From assembly GCF_006345805.1 (NCBI RefSeq), contig NC_042999.1:26846001-26910000 (forward strand): a DNA stretch of 64,000 nucleotides. Direction: 5' to 3'. This DNA is from Octopus sinensis (lineage: Eukaryota). The translations under genes and the position numbers were made by a program. The notes under the pieces are model-generated. The model did not search any database. It was not told where the DNA came from and worked only from the letters and a program-made list of their open reading frames with translations. Numbering within the stretch: the first letter of the stretch is position 1; the number at the start of each line of letters is the position of its first letter. Shown here piece by piece: positions 38,354 to 50,984 of this stretch.

Positions 38354-38524
38354 GCGCAGGAGTGGCTATGTGGTAAGTAGCTTGCTTAACAACCACATGG
38401 TTCCGGGTTCAGGGCCACTGCGTGGCACCTTGGGCATCTGTCTTCTACTATAGCCTCTGGCCGACCAAAGCCTTGTGACTGGATTTGGTAGACGGAAACT
38501 GAAAAGAAGACCGTCGTATATATG

Positions 38525-38556
<32 letters not shown>

Positions 38557-38557
38557 A

Positions 38558-38599
<42 letters not shown>

Positions 38600-38840
38600 T
38601 ATATCTGTGTGTGTATGTGTGTGTCTATTTTGTGTCTGTGTTTGTCCCCCCAACATCACTTGGCAACCGATGCTGGTGTGCTTACGTTCCCGCAAATTAT
38701 CGCTTCGACAAAAGAGACCGATGGAATAAGTACTATGCTTACAAAGAAGGAATCCTGGGGTCGATTTGCTCGACTAAATGCGGTGCTCACGCAGGCCCGC
38801 AGTCAAATGACTGAAACAAGTAAAAGAGTAAAAGAGTAAA
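38354..38840 (+). mobile_element. SINE family A, full length with internal (AT)n
   Basis: Aligns to the 8309 copy; (TAAAAGAG)n tail. Confidence 0.92.
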
Positions 38841-38879
38841 TACGTTGCGTGGAATGTTCCTGTTTTTAACTGATATATA

Positions 38880-38920
<41 letters not shown>

Positions 38921-38924
<4 letters not shown>

Positions 38925-40582
38925 CCTTGATATTAACTCTCACGCGACTCTGCATCTTTCTTTCTTTCTCTCCCATTCCCTTTTTCGTCTTTTTTCCCTC
39001 ACTTAACTTGTCTCTTCCTCTCTCTCTCATTCTTCATTCTCTCTCTCCCTTTCACCATTCTTCATGGTCTCCTCGCACCAATTCCCCTTCTTCTCTCTCT
39101 TCCTCTTGCTCCTCCTCCCCCATTCCCGTCGTCCATCTGCGACGATACTTCCGTCGTAACTGCTATCCTGTCTTTTCTCGCCCGCCTTCTAAGGCTACTG
39201 GTCGACATTTTTTCTGTCTCGTCGTCCACTATAATCCAGCGTTTGCAATACTTTTTTCGTCTGGCGTTAACAGCCCTTCTTATCTTGTTCTCCTTGTCCT
39301 GTCTCTCACTGTTATATATTTTTTTTCCACTGTTTATATATATATTTTTTACTGTTTATATGTTTGTACTGTCGTTACCGTCTTGCTTTTTTTTACCCCT
39401 CTGCGAAAAGATCTCAGAATTTTAATTGATTTGCTTTTCGTAGGAAGGAAGTTTTCTTCGAAGTATACGTCTCGCTTTTATCCTTCGAAACGTTTAGTAG
39501 ATGAAACCTTAGCGACTGAAGAAGGGGATTTTTCGTTGTGCTTATTGTCCTGTATCTCTTTTTTTGCTTGTCTTGTTCCTTGGTTTGTGTCTATGTTTTT
39601 CGTCTCTCTATGTGTTCGACGTCTTTTTGGTGTCCTGTACACATATATGCGTGTATATGTACATGTAGAGGTAGGTACGTACATATATGTTTATATATAT
39701 GCATATGTTCTATTTTATTAACATATTATACGACTAAACGCACGCACCCTATTAAGTAAGATTGTTCTGTTTATCAAGTTAGCCTTGATATTAACTCTCA
39801 CGCGACTCTGCATCTTTCTTTCTTTCTCTCCCATTCCCTTTTTCGTCTTTTTTCCCTCACTTAACTTGTCTCTTCCTCTCTCTCTCATTCTTCATTCTCT
39901 CTCTCCCTTTCACCATTCTTCATGGTCTCCTCGCACCATTCCCCTTCTTCTCTCTCTTCCTCTTGCTCCTCCTCCCCCATTCCCGTCGTCCATCTGCGAC
40001 GATACTTCCGTCGTAACTGCTATCCTGTCTTTTCTCGCCCGCCTTCTAAGGCTACTGGTCGACATTTTTTCTGTCTCGTCGTCCACTATAATCCAGCGTT
40101 TGCAATACTTTTTTCGTCTGGCGTTAACAGCCCTTCTTATCTTGTTCTCCTTGTCCTGTCTCTCACTGTTATATATTTATTTTTCCACTGTTTATATATA
40201 TATTTTTTACTGTTTATATGTTTGTACTGTCGTTACCGTCTTGCTTTTTTTACCCCTCTGCGAAAAGATCTCAGAATTTTAATTGATTTGCTTTTCGTAG
40301 GAAGGAAGTTTTCTTCGAAGTATACGTCTCGCTTTTATCCTTCGAAACGTTTAGTAGATGAAACCTTAGCGACTGAAGAAGGGGATTTTTCGTTGTGCTT
40401 ATTGTCCTGTATCTCTTTTTTTGCTTGTCTTGTTCCTTGGTTTGTGTCTATGTTTTTCGTCTCTCTATGTGTTCGACGTCTTTTTGGTGTCCTGTACACA
40501 TATATGCGTGTATATGTACATGTAGAGGTAGGTACGTACATATATGTTTATATATATGCATATGTTCTATTTTATGAACATA
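38921..40582 (+). repeat. Near-identical direct duplication: ~805-bp units at 38921 and 39779 (period 858), ~50-bp unique spacer
   Basis: Units differ only by a few homopolymer/dinucleotide-length changes; the sequence is pyrimidine-rich and unclassified, with CTGAAGAAGGGG and CGAAACGT half-motifs. Confidence 0.93.
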
Positions 40583-42109
40583 TATATATATATATATATA
40601 TACGGGTGTGTGTGATTGCGTATAGAAGAATATATTAATAAAAGAAATTCCAGCCTTGTGATTTTCACGTTTTATTTACAATCCTATAATGATATATTAT
40701 ACGATAAAATAATAGAATAAAATAAAATAGTAGAATGTTAAATGTTCATTCTCATTGAACTAGTTCTTTCATGCATTAAATTTTGCAATTATCAGGTTCA
40801 TGTACTAGTGGTGACAGTCATGCTTCACAATTTTTGACTGTAGCGAGATGGTTAAATTTGTGCCTTAAATACACCAGTGTGGGCTCCAGATTGCTAGGTT
40901 TTGCAAACTCTATTCTGACTAATCAGTATGTAGCATCACTCAATTACTTAAGCTGATTGGTTGGTTTAGGCGTCACGCTTTGTTGAACATGTCAAGAGTC
41001 CTGTATCTTAACCCTGGCCGAGGCCGCAATTGTTGGGCTATTTTTAGAAATGTTGTAAATAGACTTTGTCAGGGATTTTTATATTTCAATTGTCATCATC
41101 ATCATTGTCAGCACCTTAATTATTGTTGCTAGTGGTGATGGTGGTGGCAATAGAACTTTTAAGCCTAAATAAGATAATTTTCTTGCTATCTTCATTTTGA
41201 TCACCTTTAGTATTGTTGTTGTTGTTAGTGGTCATGGTCGTCGCAGTAGAAGTAGCACCTCTAAGTTTTATTATTATAGCTTATTTAGCTTGGGTTCGAA
41301 TTTATCAATGACATTCTTTTCTCTGACTTTCCTCTCGATTTCACTTGGGCTGTGTAATTTGTAGAATGGAAATATTATATATATTTCCGACCACATGTTG
41401 CTAGTTGGTTACTCAAAGGTATCTGACGGACCTCTGGGTCTCTAATCTGTTGTCGGTGTACACGTGAGCGTTCTGATAGTGCATTTCTCTATATATATAT
41501 AGGCATCAGCGTTGATTGATACCACCACGTATGCCACATTTTACCAGTGTCATTATATTCCGCACAATTCTGTCCTGTTTCGTGTTTTAGGATAACATCT
41601 TGCCGTTCCCATCAAGAATCACGACGTCTCCGTTATTTCTTTGATTAATCCATTAAAAACAAAACCATTCAGTTAAAATATTGCAAATGCTTTAAATAAG
41701 TTGCATATTACGAAGCTTAGATTCTCGTCTCTTCGGGATAATGTACATACATTAACGTTCAAATATAACAACAGAAAAAAAAGGAATTTTACATTTTCTT
41801 GATTCTGACTTACTCCAAAACCAGCATTAATAACCTGAGGCCATATAAGTTGATAGAGACTTCTTGAATATGTAGGAAGACATGGAATATATATGATTGT
41901 CTTTGTATATACATATTGATGCGTAAAATAAAATAATGATTCAATGCATCTTAGCTATTTAATTCTGTGTACGCAGAATTGCCAACTGCTGCAGGATGAA
42001 TGAAGAAAAAATTAAATGGATAAATATAGTTAGAGAATGAATGTTTTTCCTTTTTCTCAACATTACTGTGCGAACATTATTTCAGAAAGTGAATATTAAG
42101 TAGATCAGC

Positions 42110-42633
<524 letters not shown>

Positions 42634-42952
42634 GGCTGTAAAGATCAACTAATGATCAATAAAACCATAGCTGAAGAGGGCCGCAGAAAGAGGAAGGTTT
42701 TAAGTATGGCCTGGATTGATTACCGAAAGGCTTTTGACAGTATTCCCAACACATGGATCCTAGAAACACTAATCACGAAGAAGGTAGCACCAATAATCAT
42801 GAAATATATAAAACATTCCATGAATATATGGCAGACAGTGCTACAGCTCCAAACAAAATAGGGGCTCACAAAAACCAAAGCCATCCCCATTAGAAGAGGA
42901 ATATTTCAGAGAGGCACGCTCTCTCCACTCCTTTTCTGCTTGCGGAGTCTAA
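42634..42952 (+). mobile_element. R4/Dong-clade LINE RT fragment (domains 2-4)
   Basis: CKDQLMINK..SMAWIDYRKAFDSIPNTWI..IRRGIFQRGTLSPLLFCL. Confidence 0.9.
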
Positions 42953-43215
42953 AATCAGAAACAATTCCTATTCTTATCCTAGTCGGTGCATGAGGTATGA
43001 TAAAAAAAGATATATTGAGACAAATACATAACAAAAACACCAGGGCTAACAAATACATATTACATACAGAAAATAGCACTACTAGGCACTGCACACATTC
43101 TACGTCAAACACTTTCAATACAGTAACTATAAGAAAATCATAACAAATTACAGCACATATCCAAGCCACACAGATCTGCGCAGGTAGTGCGGTGAAAGCA
43201 CGTTATAAAAATAAG

Positions 43216-43216
<1 letters not shown>
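42953..43216 (+). mobile_element. R4/Dong-clade LINE 3' end joined directly to the RT fragment
   Basis: GA*GMIKK..IQKIALLGTAHILRQTLSIQ* plus 3' UTR and trinucleotide tail. Confidence 0.85.
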
Positions 43217-43295
<79 letters not shown>

Positions 43296-43315
43296 TACTG
43301 CTGCTGCTGCTGCTG

Positions 43316-43370
<55 letters not shown>

Positions 43371-43395
43371 AACTATTAATAATAATAATAATAAT
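43217..43395. repeat. (ACT)n-(GCT)n-(ACT)n-(AAT)n array between two tail-to-tail elements
   Basis: Direct reading. Confidence 0.95.
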
Positions 43396-43848
43396 AAATT
43401 ATCTTGGTATAAAAGATGGACTACAGCAAATATTCTGCTCAATACCACAGATTTGCTTGTCAGTTGTTTGACCGTAACCAGTTGAGCATGTCTCTTAGTG
43501 GCTGATGATATGTGCATCTCTGATCACAAGTAGATGTAATGGGGGACCATCATAGCCATGTGTTGAGAGGGATTCTTTGGGGTTTGAATAATTCACCTCT
43601 GGGAACATGGATGTTTTGTTCAACATCCTTAAACAACCCTTATTCAGGGACCTTTTGAGCAGGATGGGTTACTCAAACTGAAGAAAATTCTAACTGGGTC
43701 CCACCTGCAAGGTCATGTGCGGTTTATCTTGATATGAGATCACCATGTCGCGCACATAAGGTTGTGATGCATGTGCCTGGTGTACCCTTATCGGACGGGT
43801 AGTCATGATGGGTATACTGGGCTTCGTATATTTTACCCCAGTGCCAAG
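43396..43848 (-). mobile_element. Unclassified interspersed repeat (family D), copy 2
   Basis: Aligns to 33187-33655. Confidence 0.7.
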
Positions 43849-43869
43849 AAAAAAAAAATAATAATAATA

Positions 43870-44215
43870 ATGTGGCATCTCAAGACGACTACAGTACCAG
43901 TGATTGTAGGATCTCTAGAAATGATAAAAAAAAGGTTGTGAAACCTATTTGAAAATGATACCTGACTTTCCATCCCTACCGGAAGTGCAAAAAATCGTTT
44001 TAACTGGAACGGCTCATGTACTGAGAAGACCATTATTGCTGTGAAAACAACATCCATTCATGAATTTATTTATTTATTAATTTTTGTTAACACATATTTA
44101 CCTGTGAATTTGCGTGTGTAATGTGGGAATGCATGCAATGAGCTTCTCTGCCCTAGGTGTACGGAAAACACTTGGCGAGAAACGGAAGAAAATTTGAAGA
44201 ATGAAGGAAAACATT
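43870..44215 (+). mobile_element. R4/Dong-clade LINE 3' end, different subfamily
   Basis: MWHLKTTTVPVIVGSLEMIKK..IPDFPSLPEVQKIVLTGTAHVLRR. Confidence 0.82.
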
Positions 44216-44819
44216 TTTTTTTAAAATGATGATGATATGAAGATGAGGAGGAGGGGAGGATTAGGAGGATTAAGAGTAGTAGGAGGAGGAGGAGGAGACG
44301 AAGGGGTACGAAAATTGTTTCATTTGTAAGTCACATGCAGCTAAGTTTTTTGGGTGCCGCTACAATATATATATATATTACATATGAAAATAGTACCTGA
44401 GATAGCGTGGGTGATTTATGAAAGTGTTACATGAACAACAACATTAGTGTTCATTACTAGATTATTTAAATAGTAAATACGGAACAAAACCATATCTCCA
44501 GTATCGGAGATTAAGGCAGTGCTGACACTAAAAGCATGAAAGGAATAAAAAGAAACACATTGGGCAAATTGTCTCACACCTATTAACCCCATTAACATTG
44601 TTAGACGTTATAGTCGCAGAGTTTATGTTCTCGCATTAACTTTGGCCAGTTATTCAGCACCCCATAAGTTAGGCAAAATCTGATACCCAAAATAACTTGA
44701 ACTATCTATTCGCATTCAGAAGGTATGTTCTAATAACCAAAAAGATGAAAAATGAAATCTTCAGATGCTCTGACTCACCAGATTTTCCAATCTCACAAGT
44801 TTGTACTACATGAAAAGTA

Positions 44820-45055
44820 AGTTTTGAATATATAGTATGGTGCATGAGGTATGATAAAAAAAATATATTGAGACAAATACATAAGAAAAACACCAGGGCT
44901 AACAAATAAATATAACATACAGAAAATAGCACTACCCGGCACTGCACACATTCTACGTAAAACAATTTCAATACAGTAACTATAAGAACATCATTAAAAA
45001 TTACAGCACATATCCAAGCCACATAGATCTGCGCAGGTAGTGCAGTGAAAGATGG
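44820..45055 (+). mobile_element. R4/Dong-clade LINE 3' end, sister of 42985-43205
   Basis: ~90% identical to 42985-43205, including ggtgcaTGAggtatgata. Confidence 0.85.
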
Positions 45056-45904
45056 TTTTGACAAAAATTCGACTCTGTCCTGACTTGGGTATAGGGGTTA
45101 ATATAGCCCTACAAATCTGTAATTTTAAGACAACAAACAGCAGCCTGTTGAGTTTTCTTTTTTTGTTTTGGAGTATGTCTTGGCAGGATCGCTTATTGTT
45201 ACACTTATGCTTGTAGACCTCTTTTGAACAGATAACACTCTAGCAATGCTAAGTCAACAGACTCTGACCGAAATATAAGCAAGAATATAGTTTCTCCCTC
45301 TCGACGCCCAATATTCTTCCTAAGCTATCGTCGCTCACAATCTGCACTTTATCTTTGTAGAGTGCCTTTATATGCGTTGCGATGACAGCACCATCCACCC
45401 ACCGTGTAATAATAGCTCTCTGCACAATATTCTCCGAGTTAGTAATATTCGATCCGGTGATGATTTCGAAAGTAAAATCCTTGTCATGGATTCGGCACAG
45501 ACAAGTCTAGGTTTTATCAACTTGCATGCCCATAACAAATCAGACCCTGATATATAGATAAACAACAAACAAACGAATCAATAAATAATAATGAACATAA
45601 TGATTGAAAGACTTACAAAATAAAACGTAACTTTGATCAAGATGAATAATGAAATACATAATAAAAGAATAGCAGAAGCAAAGAATAAAGACAATAACAG
45701 TAAATATACATGAAACGGCTTCCGCGACAAATGATATTGAAATGTATATGCGGAGCATTTTATAATTATGATATGCTACTTTTCGGAGGTTGTCTTGCGC
45801 CAGTCCTGTGAAAATATATTTAGTAGTAATACAAAGTAGCTATGTTTTTCCATATATGTGTAGCTATCCAATTCCAATGTGTAAGATAAGTCTGTGGGAA
45901 TAAT

Positions 45905-46190
45905 TTGGCACAGGCCTGGATTTGTTTTATGAAGTTCGCTTCACGTAAACAATGTTTAGGGATCAGTCTCAATGAGAGATATCTCTGGCAGATACTTCGT
46001 AATATGGCTGCGGGCCGACCAAAGACTTGTGAGTGTATTTGTCAGACGGAAGCTAAACGAAGCAGGTCGTACACACACAAACACACACACATAATCACCT
46101 ACACATATGCCTGCATGTATGTATGCGTGTTTTTGTGTTTGTATTTGATGCCCTAGCATGTTCACAGTTCAACGACTGATACAAGTAACG
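45905..46190 (+). mobile_element. SINE family A, old copy
   Basis: gggccgaccaaagacttgtgagtg..gacggaagctaaacgaagc..tcgta motif. Confidence 0.65.
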
Positions 46191-46245
46191 ATCTGAATCC
46201 CCATCTCTTTTCAGTTCACTCTATCTCTATCTCTCTCTCTCGCCC

Positions 46246-46280
<35 letters not shown>

Positions 46281-46562
46281 GTAAAGTAAATAAGATGGCT
46301 AGCAGCAGGCTTTTATTGCATATATATATAATACAGACACACAGACACATCTATTCACACCACATATGTATGTATACAAACACACACACACACACTCACC
46401 CCATCCTGACCCCTAAATCATTGATGCTTGAAGGAGAGACAAAAAAGGGTAACTTATTTTCAGTTCCACAGCGGACAGGTCAGTTTTAGCTTCACTACTA
46501 TTATAATGTAAATCTTTTTGAGCTCATAATATTCAGTACGTGTATACTGAACTTTTTAAATA

Positions 46563-46926
46563 ATTCCTTCTGAAAATTATCTTCAGAATGTATAATATAT
46601 TTGTTGTAATCTTTTGTGCCCATTATTTCAATGAGCTTGTTAAACTTTTTTATATTCTCAACATGCTCTTGTCACCAAAGAATGTATATTTATATGGATT
46701 GTAGTACTTTGTGTCAACCAATATTCTGTGCATCTTTGAATATACAGATACAACACCAATACCAATATCAATCCCTTCTGGAAACTATCTTAAGTATGTC
46801 CTTGACAACGATTATTTATGTGCCCAATATTTTAAGGAACTTCTTGAACTTTTTTATGTCCTTAACATGTCCCTGTTACCAAAGACTGTATATATATAAT
46901 GTAGCAATTTGTAACAACCAATAATT
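46563..46926. repeat. Diverged tandem duplication, ~165-bp units, period ~205
   Basis: aat(t/c)ccttctg(a/g)aaa(t/c)tatctt..tgtgccca..aacatg..tgt(c/t)accaaaga..caaccaata at 46563 and 46768, ~70% identical. Confidence 0.75.
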
Positions 46927-47073
46927 AACGCAACCAAACTTCTACATGTTAATTTTGACATTCTTTTTCAAAAGAGTGAAACCGGTAAAGTAAATAAACA
47001 TCTTTTAAATTGCATTTTCAAACCTTCTTTCGTATATAATTCCACTCGTGCGGTACCCCACAACTCTACTTTG

Positions 47074-47114
<41 letters not shown>

Positions 47115-47128
47115 CATTATATATATAT

Positions 47129-47164
<36 letters not shown>

Positions 47165-47175
47165 CATATTTTAAG

Positions 47176-47354
47176 ATTATAAACAAGGGTATGTAAGAGA
47201 TACCACCATGCTTGAAACTGCAGTCAAAACCTGACTCTAAACCACACATCAAGTAGTGACTACAGCCGTAATGAATACTTGATGTAGTTTTAGAGTCAGA
47301 TTTTGACTACTATGTCAAGCATGGTGGTATCTCTTACATACACTTATTTATAAT
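47176..47354. mobile_element. MITE-like hairpin, 80-bp arms, 20-nt spacer
   Basis: 47176-47255 vs 47276-47354 inverted, ~88% identical. Confidence 0.85.
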
Positions 47355-47438
47355 TTTACTGATTATTATAAACTATAAGGTTTTTCTACCCATGCTAACC
47401 CTACATTTGATCGCTATTGAAAATAACGATTTTATACT

Positions 47439-47470
<32 letters not shown>

Positions 47471-47472
<2 letters not shown>

Positions 47473-47664
47473 GGAGAGTCTACGAAAAAAGCAAAAGACG
47501 AAGACAGGTGGTGTACAAAACAAACAGATGTATTAATATAACGCTCAGGAATAGAAAAATTATTTTACGTTTCGAGCCTACGCTCTTCTACAGAAAGGGA
47601 CACAGAAAAAAAGCAAAGAGAGAAACAAGGAGAGTAAAAAATGTGTGTAGTGGCGATCTTCCAA
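47471..47664 (-). mobile_element. ~190-bp hammerhead-bearing element embedded in (AT)n (Penelope-associated / retrozyme-like)
   Basis: Reverse complement of 56039-56233; (AT)n on both sides. Confidence 0.8.
47564..47601 (-). ncRNA. Minimal type-I hammerhead ribozyme-like motif, variant core
   Basis: gtcccttt CTGTAGA A GAGC-GTAG-GCTC GAAA CG TA aaa. Confidence 0.6.
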
Positions 47665-47760
<96 letters not shown>

Positions 47761-47803
47761 GTGTGTATTATATATACATATACATATACATACACACACA
47801 CAA

Positions 47804-47834
<31 letters not shown>

Positions 47835-48789
47835 ACCTTCACCTGCACATGTCAACATATGGTACATAAATAAACTGGTAGAATCAACAACAGTGTCCTA
47901 TAAATTGGAAAAAAAGTGATATTTGACAGAAGTGAAAGACAACCTAAGGGAACTCCTCACATAATATTTTTTAGATTAAAAACTTTCTGGCAGTTTAGAA
48001 ATGTGTCAATCTCACGATCTGTAACTGATGTAAATGGAGTAATGCATCCTCTCTAATGACGTTGATATATATCCTAATACAATATATCTGTACCTGAATG
48101 TAAAAAAATACAGATCTGCATATATTGTAGGCAAAATTTAACTTCGTACATGTATGCATGATATTCAGGGAACAGCAGCTGTTGATTTATATCAGAATAA
48201 TAATGATAGATATATTAATAGCAATGATATTAATATTCGAAGCTAAACTTCCAGCCACTACACAAGACAATCATACACCTAAATTTTCTTCACATACATA
48301 AGGCACATATTTTTCAAAACCAGTTCTAAGAGGCAACTTGATTACTTACTAAAAAAAAAACCAAAAGAAAAAACCGAAACGAACACGTTTTTCTGCATTC
48401 CCTTTCACATCTCGAAATATAAGTACTCTCTTTTTTCACTTCTTTCAGTGATGCTTTTTAGTTTTCATGTTTTTACTGATATTCAATCTCCTTGTCCCAA
48501 CTACAAATTATTGTATTTCCAAATCATAGGCTCGTTTATTTCTCCTCTGAGACAGTTCAAATTTTTTACCGTAACATATCTATTACGAGCATTATGCTAC
48601 CCTTGGCAAGTTTCATACATGCTGCTTAAAAACTGTTCTCTCAACATGATCAGATACTTTTACTAATTCACCCGGTTATAAAAACCCGCTGAATTAATAT
48701 AAACTTTTTGAGGCCTTCCGTACCTCATCCCTCAAGACATCCCAAACTATTTTTTCTGAACGGTCACAATAATTTGAAATAATTCAACA

Positions 48790-49310
48790 CAGGTTTAGGC
48801 GTGGCTGTGTGGTAAAAAGCATGATTCCAAACCACATGGTTCTAGTTTCAGTCCCATTGCGTGGTATTTGGGGGGTCTTCTACTAAAGCCTCGCGTCGAC
48901 CAAAGTCTTGTGATTGGAATAGGGAGAAGGAAATTGTAAAAAGCACGTTGAAGAAATCGACCCCAAGACTTATTATTTGTCAGCCTATTCTATAGTTACG
49001 CCGACAGTAAACACACCAACATCAGCTGTCAAGCAATGGTTCGGGAACAAACACTGACACAAGAACACACCACACGCATATATATATATATATATATATA
49101 TATGCGTGTGGTGTGTCTTGTGTCAGTGTTTGTTCCCGAACCATTGCTTGACAGCTGATGTTGGTGTGTTTACTGTCGGCGTAACTATAGAATAGGTACT
49201 AGGCTGACAAATAATAAGTCTTGGGGTCGATTTCTTCAACCAAAACCCTTCAAATTGGTGCTCCAGCATAGCCATAGTCCAATGACTGAAACAAAGAAAA
49301 GAAAGCATAT
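48790..49310 (+). mobile_element. Old SINE family A containing a recent inverted duplication (palindrome 48947-49240 centred on (AT)13)
   Basis: Arms differ only by a 7-bp deletion and a 1-bp indel, while the SINE itself is clearly diverged from the other family A copies. Confidence 0.9.
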
Positions 49311-49475
49311 TTTACTTCAAGAAACCACCACTGACGAAAAGGCTTAAACACGGATTATTTGGAAATATAATACAGTCTATACAGTATCACATTACTTACT
49401 CCGACAGCATAAACTCAGATGAACATAAGCCCACATCTACTATAACAAAATCACCAATATCCTCATACACAACAT

Positions 49476-49859
49476 GGAAGCACTCCGTCGGTTACGACGA
49501 CGAGGGTTCCGGTTGATCCGAATCAACGGAACAGCCTGCTCGTGAAATTAATGTGTAAGTGGCTGAGCACTCCACAGACACGTGTACCCTTAACGTAGTT
49601 CTCGGGGATTTTCAGCGTGACACAGAGAGGGACAAGGCCGGCCCTTTGAAATACAGGTACAATAGAAACAGGAAGTAAGAGTGAGAGAAAGTTGTGGTGA
49701 AAGAGTACAGCAGGGATCACCACCATCCCCTGCCGGAGCCTCGTGGAGCTTTTAGGTGTTTTCGCTCAATAAACACTCACAACGCCTGATCTGGGAATCG
49801 AAACCGCGATCCTATGACCGCGAGACCACTGCCCTAACCACTGGGCCATTGCGCCTCCA
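49476..49859 (-). mobile_element. tRNA(Arg)-like-headed SINE, family C, tail variant 2
   Basis: GGAGGCGCAATGGCCCAGTGG..GGTTTCGATTCC head; 12-bp TSD CATACACAACAT (49464-49475 / 49860-49871). Confidence 0.92.
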
Positions 49860-49879
49860 CATACACAACATATCATGAT

Positions 49880-50790
49880 CCCGAAGTCAAACAACACAGA
49901 TTTGAAGAGATCTCTTTTTTATGCAGAGGATTAACATATCAAACTGAATGACTCAACTCCAAATCAAAGCATGTTATTGCAAATTCCATACGTTACATCC
50001 TTAACCGCTTCCGCAAACGGTCTCATCTACAAAATTACAAAGCTTAAACTGTATTTTCTCTACAACCTACAAGTAACCACGATATTTTCTAAATTATTTC
50101 AATCCCAAAACCCTTCTTAACAATAAAAATAAGACCAAACGAACTTATGAAGGGAAACAAATACATTGTTCGCATCCGGGACATCTACTATTATTTTGAG
50201 AGTAAGCGCTTTATTCACAATTAATAATATATTAATATCGCAGGCAATGTGTCTTCCTGTTTGAAAAATTCATAAATATTAAATACACTGGCATTTGTTA
50301 GTCTAGAAAAGTTCCAACCAAAACTGGTTTCATTTTCACCAATATCAACAGTAAAATTCCATCTGTCAGCCCTCTCACCAAGACATATAAATTAAACCTA
50401 GACATAAGATTATTCTTAGTGTCTCCAACAAAGGGAGAACGTTATGCAAAACTCTCTCTCCCCTCTTTAAATCCACATTACTAACTCTCTTAAATTATGC
50501 CTTGAACTTATCGGGTTATCCCAAAATTGCACAAGCTGGATTTCAGTACATTCAAACAGTTATGGTTTAGCCTTGACGTGCACTGCGTCCCCCACTCCAA
50601 TCTCACTGTTTCCCTGTCTCTTTGCTAAACTCTTCCCCACCTCTCTACACAAAGTACTTCGTTTTCTAACATGCAACAATATAAACGACTTAAATACTTG
50701 TTCCTACATCATCCGTTCCAGCCAAATGTCCCCAAACGTCTATCAACAATCCAAAATCAAGGACCTCGCATAAAATCAACATACCTCAAG
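49880..50790 (+). mobile_element. Probable Penelope-like RT N-terminal remnant, very decayed
   Basis: KTGFIFTNINSKIPSVSPLTKTYKLNLDI resembles the PLE P..L.K.HK..RP region; many stops. Confidence 0.4.
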
Positions 50791-50931
50791 CTTACACTTG
50801 TAAGATATATACATATATACATGTATATATATATATATTATATATATAATATATATATATATATATAATATATATATATATATTATATATATATATATAC
50901 ATACACATACACATATGTGTGTGTATACATG

Positions 50932-50981
<50 letters not shown>

Positions 50982-50984
<3 letters not shown>

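Noticed and set aside
38927-40638. 264-, 238- and 165-aa hydrophobic ORFs as membrane proteins
   Set aside because: They arise from pyrimidine-rich repeat DNA, and the frame shifts between the two near-identical units.
40796-40925. 130-nt plus-strand exon GSCTSGDSHASQFL..
   Set aside because: Open with AG/GT but no recognisable product or linked exon.
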